From NCBI GenBank assembly GCA_963700635.1, contig CAVOYH010000001.1, positions 448,001 to 512,000 of the forward strand: a DNA stretch of 64,000 nt, written 5' to 3'. Of the stretch, positions 52,394 through 61,598 are shown one piece after another. A model generated the notes under the pieces. That model saw only the letters and a program-made list of their open reading frames with translations. It searched no databases and was not told where the DNA came from. Each line of letters begins with the position of its first letter. Position 1 is the first letter of the stretch. This DNA is from an uncultured Bacteroidota bacterium. Its GTDB lineage: Bacteria > Bacteroidota > Ignavibacteria > UBA10030 > UBA6906. The position numbers and the translations under genes were made by a program.

Positions 52394-54544
52394 ATGAAAC
52401 TCACGCGGAGAGATGTTCTACGTTTGGCCGGAGGTTCGGTAGTCGGGGCCATGTTTACGCCTGTACCCTGGAAGTTGCTGGATGACAGCTCCATATGGAC
52501 GCAGAACTGGTCGCTGGTGCCGCCTCTTCCGCGGGGCCCCATGAGCACCCGCTATTCCCACTGCAATCTATGTCCGGCCGGCTGCTCGCTCAAGGCCCAT
52601 TGTGTCAACGGCATACCAGTACGTCTGGCGGGTGTTCCGAACGGTGTTCTGAAAAACGGTACGTTGTGTGCCGTGGGGCTTGCCGGTCATCATGTGGCGT
52701 ACCACCCGCTGAGGTTGTCCGGGCCCCATACATTCACGGGGAAAGCCGACGGCAGTTTTCTACTGCCCGTTACCATAGATACCCTCGTGGCAAATCTGGT
52801 TCCAAAATACCGCCGCGCGATGTCTTCCTCGTCTGCCGGTGTCGTCGCGGTCCTTGACCAACGCCCCGGCCGGGCCATGTCGCGCAGATATCAGGAGTTT
52901 CTGAGCGCATTCCCCGGGAGTATGTACATCGTCCCGCCTTCGGGTGAGGATGGTATGCTCCGCACCATGCAGGGGCTTTCCACTGAACCGTGCGCATCCC
53001 TGGGGTTTGATTTTGAGCACTCCCGTACCATACTCAGTATCGGTGCACCACTTCTGGACGGATGGGGCGTCCCCGAGCGGATGCAGGCGCTGTTTGCGGA
53101 CCAAACGTCTTCGGGCAGAACCCTTATTCAGGTCGAAAGTTCACAGTCCAGAACCGCACGCGCTGCGGCGATCTGGCTGCCGGTCGTCCCTGGAGCGGAA
53201 GCGGCACTGGTCTTGAGTCTGGCCAACGTTATCGTCAGAGAGGGACTCTATCCCAAAGAGGTTGAGCGTACGATAATAGACTTCTCCAGGTACCGGGACC
53301 TGGTATTACGATATCATCCTCATCCGGTCTCTTCCCTTGCCGGTGTGAGTCCGGGCGCGATTGTCGAAACAGCCCGGGCTATTGCTTCCTCCCCCTCGAT
53401 TGTGATCGCCGGGGCCGATCCTGCCGGAGGCCCCATGGCGCAAGCGACAGAGATCCTTGTAGCCGGATTGAATCTGCTTCTCGGAAATCCTGGAAGGAAA
53501 GGTGGCATTGTCTATCGCCGTGAAACGCCGGACGCATCTGCCAGCGGCGTGCCGGAGATCGCCCTTCACCAGATTCCAGACCACTCGATCGAACTCCTGA
53601 TTATGGACGGAGCAGAAGCCGGCCAGACTTTCCCGTCGTCATTGTTAAAACGGAAGATGGTGCGTGATGGCGGGACGGTGGTGCTTCTCTCCCCGCATCT
53701 GTCACCACGCTCCGCATCGGCGGATTATCTGGTCTCCACACCCGCGCCCTTTGAATCCTGGGACGAAACCCCAGCGTCCCCGGGGTCCCCGGTTGCGTCT
53801 TTCGGCGTTTCGATGCCGCTGATGGCTCCGCGGACGAGCAGTGTGGAGGCAATAAGTTTTCTCTCTCTGCTTTCCAGTGCAATCGGCCATGTTTCAGAGG
53901 GGGCAGGTTCGCTGGAGCAGTTGCTCCGCCGGAAGGCAGATGCCATTACGGCCGCTGGCCGGGGTATGGCGTACCCGCCGGACGGATCCGGTGGCACCCC
54001 CGTCTCTTCATTTGCTGATGCGGAGGCACTGTGGGAAATCCTCAAAGAGGGCGGAAACTGGGTGGATGAACCCGCTCCTCCGGCAAAACGCGGACAGTTC
54101 AAGATTCTCGGGTCTCTGACCGACGACACCCTTACCTCCGCCGCGCATCTGCACCAGCCGGAGGGGGGGTCCATCACGTTGACACCCTTTGGAGTGCGCG
54201 CCGCCCTTGCCAGTGGCGCGGTGTCTCCGATTCTCAGCAAAATTTTCCAGGAATCAGATCTCCGCAATAGCGGCGGCACTGTGCTGATAAACCCGGCGAC
54301 GGCGTCACAGTTCGGGTTGCTGGACGGGGACCGTGCCGCGATCCGGACCAGGAACGGAAGTATGCGTGTGCGTGTGTTGCTGGATCCCGCCGTCAGACCA
54401 AACATGCTCCATGCCGCAGTAGGTCCATTGCCGAATGGAACCCCCGACGCCGACGAATTAACTGGAGAGGGTGTGCTGGCGCTCTGTGTCGTACAGAACG
54501 ACGGGACCTGGCGTTTCACTGATGTGACGATTGAGAAGGCTTAA
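52394..54544 (+). CDS. qrcB: Molybdopterin oxidoreductase-like subunit, QrcB-like
   Basis: Tat motif TRRDVL; TPVPWKLLDDSSIWTQNW; CNLCPAGC...C; C-terminal molybdopterin-dinucleotide-binding-like domain. Confidence 0.8.
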   Translation: MKLTRRDVLRLAGGSVVGAMFTPVPWKLLDDSSIWTQNWSLVPPLPRGPMSTRYSHCNLCPAGCSLKAHCVNGIPVRLAGVPNGVLKNGTLCAVGLAGHHVAYHPLRLSGPHTFTGKADGSFLLPVTIDTLVANLVPKYRRAMSSSSAGVVAVLDQRPGRAMSRRYQEFLSAFPGSMYIVPPSGEDGMLRTMQGLSTEPCASLGFDFEHSRTILSIGAPLLDGWGVPERMQALFADQTSSGRTLIQVESSQSRTARAAAIWLPVVPGAEAALVLSLANVIVREGLYPKEVERTIIDFSRYRDLVLRYHPHPVSSLAGVSPGAIVETARAIASSPSIVIAGADPAGGPMAQATEILVAGLNLLLGNPGRKGGIVYRRETPDASASGVPEIALHQIPDHSIELLIMDGAEAGQTFPSSLLKRKMVRDGGTVVLLSPHLSPRSASADYLVSTPAPFESWDETPASPGSPVASFGVSMPLMAPRTSSVEAISFLSLLSSAIGHVSEGAGSLEQLLRRKADAITAAGRGMAYPPDGSGGTPVSSFADAEALWEILKEGGNWVDEPAPPAKRGQFKILGSLTDDTLTSAAHLHQPEGGSITLTPFGVRAALASGAVSPILSKIFQESDLRNSGGTVLINPATASQFGLLDGDRAAIRTRNGSMRVRVLLDPAVRPNMLHAAVGPLPNGTPDADELTGEGVLALCVVQNDGTWRFTDVTIEKA

Positions 54545-54548
54545 CAGT

Positions 54549-55298
54549 ATGGAACACGGAGCAGTAAAGAAGTCGCGGTACGGAATGCTTATCGACCTTG
54601 ACCGCTGTAATGGGTGCGGGGCGTGTATGATTGCCTGTGCTGTGGAAAACAATGTAGCCCCTGCCGAAAACAAAGCAACCGCGCGCACCGGTGTCACCTG
54701 GCTGCGCGTCGCCCCTATGACCAACGGGGCGGAATTTCCTGCGACGGACACCGTGTACGTGCCGATGCCCTGCCAGCAATGCGAAAAGGACACTCCCTGT
54801 GTGGCAGTGTGCCCCCAGAATGCTGTTGACCTCGATCCGGTAACCGGGATAGTCGGACAGGTGCCGCAACGTTGCCTCGGCTGCCGGTATTGTATGACGG
54901 CATGTCCCTATCATGCACGGTACTTCAACTGGTGGGATCCGCGATGGCCGGAAGGGATGGAACAAACCCTGAACCCCGATGTGGCTCCCCGCATGCGGGG
55001 TGTGGTGGAGAAATGTAATTTCTGCCATGGCAGGTTACATGCAGCGCGTGCCAAGGCTGCAGCGGACGGGCGAGCGGAGATCGCGGCGACAGACTATGTG
55101 CCCGCGTGTGTAGAAGCCTGCCCGGGCAAAGCGATCAGCTTTGGAGATCTGGATGATGCCTCGGGTGAATTGGCTCATGCCATCAGGCATCCCCACGTAT
55201 TCCGCTTTCTCGTAAAACTCGGGACGGAACCGAAAGTGTACTATCGCTCCTCCAAACAGTGGGTGCGGGACAAAGTGGCATCGTTACAAACGGTCTGA
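54549..55298 (+). CDS. qrcC: Fe-S electron-transfer subunit, QrcC/NrfC-like
   Basis: IDLDRCNGCGAC, CQQC...PCVAVCP, CLGCRYCMTACPY, EKCNFC. Confidence 0.82.
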   Translation: MEHGAVKKSRYGMLIDLDRCNGCGACMIACAVENNVAPAENKATARTGVTWLRVAPMTNGAEFPATDTVYVPMPCQQCEKDTPCVAVCPQNAVDLDPVTGIVGQVPQRCLGCRYCMTACPYHARYFNWWDPRWPEGMEQTLNPDVAPRMRGVVEKCNFCHGRLHAARAKAAADGRAEIAATDYVPACVEACPGKAISFGDLDDASGELAHAIRHPHVFRFLVKLGTEPKVYYRSSKQWVRDKVASLQTV

Positions 55299-55321
55299 CG
55301 ACGACAAATAGGAGTTGCCTC

Positions 55322-56554
55322 ATGGATAAGCAGTTCATACCGCGCGGTCTGCGGCGCACCACGTTTGGAAAGTTTTTGATCTGGCTTGTTCCCTGGATTT
55401 TGCTCCTCGGATTCGGGCTCTATGCGATTTATCTCTGTCTGGCCGAAGGGCTGTTTCACACCAATATGGACAACCGTTTCGCGTTCGGACTCTGGATCTA
55501 CCTTGATCTGACGATCATCGCCCTGGGCGCAGGAGCCTTTTTCACCGGGTTTCTTCTGTATATTCTGCGGCGTGAGGAACTCCGGGCTGTCATTAACAGT
55601 GCGGTGGTGCTCGGGCTTATTTGTTACAGCGGCGCCGTTGCCGTTCTTATGGTGGATGTGGGTCAGCCCCTCAGGGCCTGGTTTACGTTCTGGCACCCGA
55701 ACACTCATTCCATGCTGACCGAGGTGACCTTCTGTCTGACGTGTTACCTCACGGTGCTTCTGATCGAGTATCTTCCGGTTGTGCTCAAGAACCGGAAGCT
55801 CCGGCAGATTCCCCGCTTTCTGGTCTTTGAGTTTCAACTCCATAAAGTTATGCCTGTTCTTGCCGGCGTAGGCGCGTTTCTTTCCTTTTTCCATCAGGGC
55901 TCATTGGGCGGGTTGTATGGCGTCTTGCAGGGAAGACCGTTTGCCTATCGCGAAGCCCTGGGAATCTGGCCTTCCACGTTCTACCTTTTTGTCCTTTCCG
56001 CCGCAGCCGCAGGTCCAAGCTTTGTGCTCATTACTACCTGGCTGGTCCAGCGGATATCGGGGAAGACGCTCGTCAAACCGGAGGTCTTCCAGTTGTTGGG
56101 AAAAGTGTCGGGCATGCTTCTTATCGTCTACATCTTCGCGAAGGCCATCGATACATTCGTCTGGATCAACTATACATCACCAAGCGCAGGTTTTGCCGCA
56201 TTTGCCTTCTACCAGGAAGGTTCGTTCGGTACGTGGATTCTTGTCCTCGAGATTGTCTTTCTCGGACTCATTCCGGCAGTGATGTTGTTGAACAGGAAGA
56301 TGCGTGGCAGACCGGCCGTGCTGGTCAGTGCGGCATTTCTGGCCTGCTGCGGGGTCATGCTGAACAGATTTGTTTTGACGATACAAACGCTCGCGCTTCC
56401 CACGCTTCCGTTCGACACGGTCCTTAGTTATGCTCCGAGTTGGCAGGAGGTGGCCGCCTTCCTTGCGGTCGTCGCGTACGGGGTGCTGCTCTACTCTTTG
56501 TCATACCGGTACCTGACATTGTTCCCGCAGGAAAAAGATATCAGACAACATTGA
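55322..56554 (+). CDS. qrcD: NrfD/PsrC family membrane subunit, QrcD-like
   Basis: TNMDNRFAFGLWI, DVGQPLR, SMLTEV, HQGSLGG, LNRF. Confidence 0.82.
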   Translation: MDKQFIPRGLRRTTFGKFLIWLVPWILLLGFGLYAIYLCLAEGLFHTNMDNRFAFGLWIYLDLTIIALGAGAFFTGFLLYILRREELRAVINSAVVLGLICYSGAVAVLMVDVGQPLRAWFTFWHPNTHSMLTEVTFCLTCYLTVLLIEYLPVVLKNRKLRQIPRFLVFEFQLHKVMPVLAGVGAFLSFFHQGSLGGLYGVLQGRPFAYREALGIWPSTFYLFVLSAAAAGPSFVLITTWLVQRISGKTLVKPEVFQLLGKVSGMLLIVYIFAKAIDTFVWINYTSPSAGFAAFAFYQEGSFGTWILVLEIVFLGLIPAVMLLNRKMRGRPAVLVSAAFLACCGVMLNRFVLTIQTLALPTLPFDTVLSYAPSWQEVAAFLAVVAYGVLLYSLSYRYLTLFPQEKDIRQH

Positions 56555-56566
56555 TGGAGGTATATC

Positions 56567-57400
56567 GTGTTTCCATGGATCTATGAATTCCGCTGGAGTC
56601 TCGGGCATCTTCTGTTTCTGGGAGTGTTCTTCGCCGTTGCCGGTGTTGTGGTCTCCACCCTGGTGCTCGCGCTGCGCAGAGCACAGAAGTCCATGGCGGA
56701 CGGGCGTCACGAAGTGCTTCAATGGAAGACGGAGTTCGAAGACCTGCCTCTGGCCAGCCGGGCATGCAGGCATCAGCTTACAGGAGAAATGAAAGAGCGC
56801 ACGTGCCACCACGAATTTGACTGTGCCACCTGCGCGACCCATTCCAGGCTGCTCATGCTCAATACTCCGGCACTATGTACTGCTGTCCCCGGGGAAGACC
56901 TTTTTGGGCTGGCTATGCCAATGGACCGGTACTATCACCGGGGGCATACCTGGGTGAAACCCGAAGAAGATGGAACGTACACGATAGGGCTTGATGCGTT
57001 TGGTACCCGGATGATCGGTGTTCCCGATGCTGTTGATCTTCCGGACGTGGGGACCAGACTGAGAGCAAATGGTACCGGCTGGAAGATGCGCAAGCGTGGT
57101 TCTTTATTGCGTGTACTGGCGGCCGTTGATGGGGTCGTTGTGGAACAGGGTGGACCGCAAAAAGGGTGGTATGTGCGGATTCGTCCGGAAGGGTCCGAAC
57201 CGCAATTCCGTCATCTCCTGCGGGGAGAAGAAATCCGGCCCTGGCTGATGCGCGAACTGGAGAGGCTTCAATTTGCCCTTCCTGCTGACGGCATTGGCAT
57301 GAGTCTGGCAGATGGCGGCGAGCTCATGCCGGATGCGTGGAAACATGCGCCGGAAGTCGACTGGGAAGGCGTCTGGGGCGCAATGCTCCTCCAGGCGTAA
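56567..57400 (+). CDS. Membrane-anchored GcvH-like protein with Cys/His cluster, no lipoyl-Lys
   Basis: TM; CRH...C...CATC; YYHRGHTWV...IGLDAF...LP.VG...GW; GMSLADGG. Confidence 0.8.
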   Translation: MFPWIYEFRWSLGHLLFLGVFFAVAGVVVSTLVLALRRAQKSMADGRHEVLQWKTEFEDLPLASRACRHQLTGEMKERTCHHEFDCATCATHSRLLMLNTPALCTAVPGEDLFGLAMPMDRYYHRGHTWVKPEEDGTYTIGLDAFGTRMIGVPDAVDLPDVGTRLRANGTGWKMRKRGSLLRVLAAVDGVVVEQGGPQKGWYVRIRPEGSEPQFRHLLRGEEIRPWLMRELERLQFALPADGIGMSLADGGELMPDAWKHAPEVDWEGVWGAMLLQA

Positions 57401-57410
57401 ACCGTCCGGA

Positions 57411-58775
57411 TCATGGCCGCGGGAGATTGTGCTTTTTAAGCCGGTCATACAGAGTTGACCGATCAATGCCGAGGATTCCCGCGGCCTCAGAAATGTTCCC
57501 CCTGGTACGTTTGAGCGTAGCTGTAATGATGTGGTTCTCGGCCTGTTCAAGTGTCATGTCTGCCGGGAGACTCCACTCCTTATCATCCTGAACCCGCGTG
57601 GACCCGATAAACCCGCAGTCCTCCTCAGTGATGACCTTCGTTCTTGTTGTTACGATAGCCCGCTCGATCGCATTTTCGAGTTCCCGGACATTTCCCGGCC
57701 AGTCGTAGTTCATCAGGACTCGCAGTGCGCCCTCTGAGATAGCGGTGACCTCTTTGCCGAGTTCGTGCACAAGCCGTTCGATGAATGTTTCGACAAGCAG
57801 GGGAATGTCTTCCCTCCGCTCGCGGAGCGGGGGAATGTTGATGCTGATGACGTTGAGCCGGTAGAACAGATCATCGCGGAATGTGCCTTCCCGCACCGAA
57901 CGTTCGAGATCGACATTGGTTGCGGCAATAACCCGGACGTCCACGTGCAGTTCTTCCGTCCCGCCCACCCTGTAGAATGTCCTTTCCTGAAGAATACGCA
58001 ACAGATCCATCTGCAGCTTCGGCGAGATATCCCCGATCTCATCAAGGAAGATCGTCCCGCCGTGTGCCATCTCGAATTTTCCCTTCCGGTTCGCCACCGC
58101 TCCGGTGAACGCCCCCTTCTCGTGGCCAAAGAGTTCTGATTCGAGGAGTGTTTCTGCGAGCGCGGCACAGGAGACTCCTATAAACGGCTTGTTTGCGCGG
58201 TCCCCGGAATAGTGGATGGCGCGGGCAACAAGTTCCTTCCCGGTGCCACTTTCTCCCTGTATGAGTACCGTGCTGCGCAGACTTGCCACGTCGCGCACAA
58301 GCTCGAAGAGTTTCATCATTGCCGGGCTTTTGCTGATGATATCGTGCAGCTGGTACTGCTTTGTGAGCTTTTTGCGCAGGATAAGATTTTCCCGTTGCAG
58401 GTTTTTCACCTTGATGATGCGCCTGACAAGCAGCGAGATTTCTTCGGGGTTACAGGGTTTGACGATATACTCCTGTGCTCCCTCCTTCATTGCGGTGATT
58501 GCGGTATCGACGGTCGCGTACGCCGTCACGATGATGATGGGCGCGTCCGGATGGAGCTTGCGGACTTCCATCATGGTTTCAATCCCATCGATACCACCCG
58601 GCATCTTAAGATCCACGAAATAGATTGCGTAGTCGACGGATCGTGCCTTTTGGAGGGCCTCTGCTCCTGATGTTGCGGTTTCCACCGTATATCCATCTTC
58701 ACGGAGCCAGGCAGCGAGGGATTCGCGCATCACTTCTTCATCATCGACGACAAGAATCGGCCAGTGTGTTGTCAT
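57411..58775 (-). CDS. sigma54-dependent response regulator (NtrC/AtoC family)
   Basis: Receiver domain, GESGTGKE, GAFTGA, FLDEIG, WPGNVRELEN, Fis-type HTH. Confidence 0.95.
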   Translation of the reverse strand: MTTHWPILVVDDEEVMRESLAAWLREDGYTVETATSGAEALQKARSVDYAIYFVDLKMPGGIDGIETMMEVRKLHPDAPIIIVTAYATVDTAITAMKEGAQEYIVKPCNPEEISLLVRRIIKVKNLQRENLILRKKLTKQYQLHDIISKSPAMMKLFELVRDVASLRSTVLIQGESGTGKELVARAIHYSGDRANKPFIGVSCAALAETLLESELFGHEKGAFTGAVANRKGKFEMAHGGTIFLDEIGDISPKLQMDLLRILQERTFYRVGGTEELHVDVRVIAATNVDLERSVREGTFRDDLFYRLNVISINIPPLRERREDIPLLVETFIERLVHELGKEVTAISEGALRVLMNYDWPGNVRELENAIERAIVTTRTKVITEEDCGFIGSTRVQDDKEWSLPADMTLEQAENHIITATLKRTRGNISEAAGILGIDRSTLYDRLKKHNLPRP

Positions 58776-59353
58776 AGAGTCTTTCGTGCGGCATCCGAAC
58801 GGTCGTCCGTCAGCCGCATATGTGGTTTTCGTTCTTCAAACAGCGTGGCACAGGTTGCGCAGAGGTCCGGCCCCTTCGCGTCCACGTGCCGTACAGTATT
58901 GGAAAGAGACATGGGGCATCTGCTATCGGTGCAATGTATCAACCCGAAGGTATGGCCGATCTCATGGACGGCCTCCTTGACAGCCCGCGATTGCAGAAGT
59001 CCGGCATCAGGGGGGAGTCCGTAGAATTCCTGCCTGAGGCGCGCCAGCGAAATCGCAGCTGTCGGGCCGTTGAGTTGGGCCTGGCCCAGAACAAAACTCA
59101 GCATGGGAATAAAGAGATCCCTTTCGGTGACACCCAGTACCCTGATGGTGGAACCGGACACCTGCTCCAGGAGATCGCGCAGGATCAGCACGGAGCTGTA
59201 CTGGCCCCGTTGTGCATCGTACGCAAACGAAGGATCCGGGAGTGCGGGAAGCACACGCACAGGAAACTGGAATGCGCGTTGAAGGCCGCGTGTCACGGAA
59301 TCAAGAATGGTATCTTCCACGGATCCCAACGCAGCCAGGACGATGGCGTTCAT
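58772..59353 (-). CDS. Archaemetzincin (peptidase M54) zinc protease
   Basis: HEIGHTFGLIHC-x4-CPM...CATC; RGQY, FVLG; ATGA overlaps with both neighbours. Confidence 0.92.
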   Translation of the reverse strand: MNAIVLAALGSVEDTILDSVTRGLQRAFQFPVRVLPALPDPSFAYDAQRGQYSSVLILRDLLEQVSGSTIRVLGVTERDLFIPMLSFVLGQAQLNGPTAAISLARLRQEFYGLPPDAGLLQSRAVKEAVHEIGHTFGLIHCTDSRCPMSLSNTVRHVDAKGPDLCATCATLFEERKPHMRLTDDRSDAARKTL

Positions 59354-60978
59354 CCCGTATCGCTCACGGGAGCCGCCGTTTCCTCTTCCATGATCGGCAT
59401 GGTTACCCGGAATGTGGTGCCTTCTCCGACCTTCGTGTTCACGTCGATGTCCCCCCCATGCGAGCGTACAATGCCGTACACGACGGCCAGTCCAAGCCCG
59501 ACTCCTTTTCCCTCTCCCTTTGTGGTGAAAAACGGCGAAAAGAGATTTGCCATGTGTTCGGGCTGGATTCCGTCGCCGGAATCGTGCACTTCGAGGACGA
59601 GTGATTTTCCGGAAGTCGAAAGATTTGTCGTAATGCGTACACGTGCATCCGGGTGCCCCTGGGCAGCCTCCGCGCCGTTCATCACCAGGTTGATCAACAC
59701 CTGCTGCATCTGTGACGCGTCGCAATGAATGTTGGGAAGCCGGTCATCAAGCTGCAGGTCCATCTCGACGTTCATCAGTTTTAGCTTATGCCCGATCAGC
59801 GTTACCGTTGTCGAGACAACCGAGTTGAAATTGACATTCGCCCGCTGGTGCGGTTTGGAGCGGCGCGAGAATGAGAGGAGATCCTGCACGATTCTGCCTA
59901 CCCGTGTGGTCTCGCTGACGACCTGCGCAAGATACTTGCGGAATTCACCCAGCCGTGGTGGGGGGATGCCGTCATCCTTGACAATCCGCTGCATCAGCAT
60001 GGAAAGATTCAACACTCCGGAGAGTGGGTTGTTGATTTCGTGTGCGACGCTGGCGGAAAGCTGGCCGAGGGAAGCCAGACGGTCGCTGTGCAGCAGTTTC
60101 TGGTGCGCAGCCTTAAGTTGCTCGGTCCGCTCTTCAACTTTGATCTCAAGGTTCTGGGCCAGGCTGTTGAGTTGCTCAATGGCTGCCTTCAGCCGGAGTC
60201 GCATGATGTCGAATGACCTGGCAAGTTCCCCGAGTTCTTCGCTTGAACTGATCGTCACCTGCGTGTCCAGATTCATTGCGCTCACGGCCCGCGTGGCCTC
60301 AATCAACTGACGGATGGGTGCCACAACATACCGGCGGGTGAAGACCACGATGAACAGGACCAGCGATACGGACAGTGCAAAGGAGATGAGCAGGACGCGC
60401 GTCTGGATTGCGATGATCTCTTTGTCAACGGCCGACAGATCCAGTGCAACGTCGATGACACCGAGGACATTCATTGATGCGGGATGCGCATGGCAGCCCG
60501 CATTGCTGCACGCGGGTTCGTTATAGACCGGTGTGACGATCCCCAGGGTCCGTTTTCCCGTCGCGTCACGGAATACGCGGGCGCGTGACGGCACATCAAC
60601 CTTGACCAGCGGGCGGTCCGTGGCATGGCAGATGGAACATGCCTCCGCGTCCTTGTCGACACTTCCGGAATCACCGGACGCGGTTGAGAACATCACGCGG
60701 CCCTCTTTGTTGTAGATCCGGATCCGGTTGATCCCCTGTTTGAGGGCGATGGTTTGCATGATTTCGTACGCCGATTCGCGCTGGTCGGCCAGCATGGCAT
60801 GCCACGTGGCACTCGCAATACTCCCGGAAAGCTGGTCCGCCCCAATTATCATCGTATCCAGAAGTTGTGACTCCTGCGATTTCATGTGCACATATCCCGC
60901 GGCCAACCCTACGAGCGTCACCAGGAGGAGCAGCGGAATCATCAACTGAAGCCATAACTTTCGTGGTAGAAAATGCAT
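59350..60978 (-). CDS. Sensor histidine kinase with periplasmic heme c-binding domain and HAMP
   Basis: 2 TMs; CSICH and CSNAGCH; HEINNPL, N-box, FFTTK, GLGL. Confidence 0.92.
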   Translation of the reverse strand: MHFLPRKLWLQLMIPLLLLVTLVGLAAGYVHMKSQESQLLDTMIIGADQLSGSIASATWHAMLADQRESAYEIMQTIALKQGINRIRIYNKEGRVMFSTASGDSGSVDKDAEACSICHATDRPLVKVDVPSRARVFRDATGKRTLGIVTPVYNEPACSNAGCHAHPASMNVLGVIDVALDLSAVDKEIIAIQTRVLLISFALSVSLVLFIVVFTRRYVVAPIRQLIEATRAVSAMNLDTQVTISSSEELGELARSFDIMRLRLKAAIEQLNSLAQNLEIKVEERTEQLKAAHQKLLHSDRLASLGQLSASVAHEINNPLSGVLNLSMLMQRIVKDDGIPPPRLGEFRKYLAQVVSETTRVGRIVQDLLSFSRRSKPHQRANVNFNSVVSTTVTLIGHKLKLMNVEMDLQLDDRLPNIHCDASQMQQVLINLVMNGAEAAQGHPDARVRITTNLSTSGKSLVLEVHDSGDGIQPEHMANLFSPFFTTKGEGKGVGLGLAVVYGIVRSHGGDIDVNTKVGEGTTFRVTMPIMEEETAAPVSDTG

Positions 60979-61057
60979 GGAGAGCGACCTCAGGAGGCGG
61001 GAAGAGTTATTATCTAAAAGGAATGGAACGTTCTGCGAAACCGGCTTTTCTCTACAC

Positions 61058-61086
61058 AATGTACGGAAGAGGTTTTGGATATTCAA
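61058..61086 (-). promoter_or_regulatory. Putative sigma70 promoter of kinase-protease-regulator operon
   Basis: TTGAAT-N17-TACATT on minus strand. Confidence 0.45.
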
Positions 61087-61100
61087 CTTCAATCGGGTTC

Positions 61101-61136
61101 AAAAAAAAGCCGGCCGTCAAGCGTTGACGGCCGGCC
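61101..61136 (-). terminator. Rho-independent terminator of csp gene
   Basis: GCCGGCCGTCAAC-GC-TTGACGGCCGGC followed by T8 on minus strand. Confidence 0.88.
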
Positions 61137-61177
61137 GTTCATCCGCTCGCTGTGCAGCGAGGGAAGGTGTTGTAGCG

Positions 61178-61378
61178 TTAGACCTTCGTGACGCCGGTGG
61201 CCTGAAGACCCTTCGGTCCACGGGTGATTTCGAAGCTCACCTTGTCGCCCTCGTTAAGCGTCTTGTATCCGTCGCCAACGATTTCGCGGAAGTGGACGAA
61301 TACATCTTCGCCAGTTTCGCGTGTAATAAATCCGAAGCCCTTGGCCCCGTTGAACCATTTCACTGTCCCCTTTTCCAT
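61178..61378 (-). CDS. Cold-shock protein (CspA family)
   Basis: GTVKWFN, KGFGFI, DVFVHF; 66 aa. Confidence 0.96.
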   Translation of the reverse strand: MEKGTVKWFNGAKGFGFITRETGEDVFVHFREIVGDGYKTLNEGDKVSFEITRGPKGLQATGVTKV

Positions 61379-61598
61379 GGAACAGATCCTTTCTGTTGCT
61401 GAACGTCCGCAACCGGCGGACTCGGTCATGCACGTCCCGATGTGTGCTTTAAACGAACAATCGCAACCACTTATGACCACCATGGTTGCGATTTTTGCTG
61501 TTCTGCAACGGGTTCGGACTCCGAACTCCAGCGAACCATGTCCCGGGTCACCCGGAACCGAAAAAGCCCTACAACGGTGTACATTAAAGCTAGTGGCA

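Noticed and set aside
50820-57400. Glycine cleavage system or lipoate-binding LbpA/sHdr system
   Set aside because: Lipoyl-Lys absent by alignment; no gcvP/T/L, shdr or lipoate ligase genes in the window
59354-59725. Long N-terminus of archaemetzincin
   Set aside because: Out-of-frame overlap with the kinase; ATGA coupling gives start 59353
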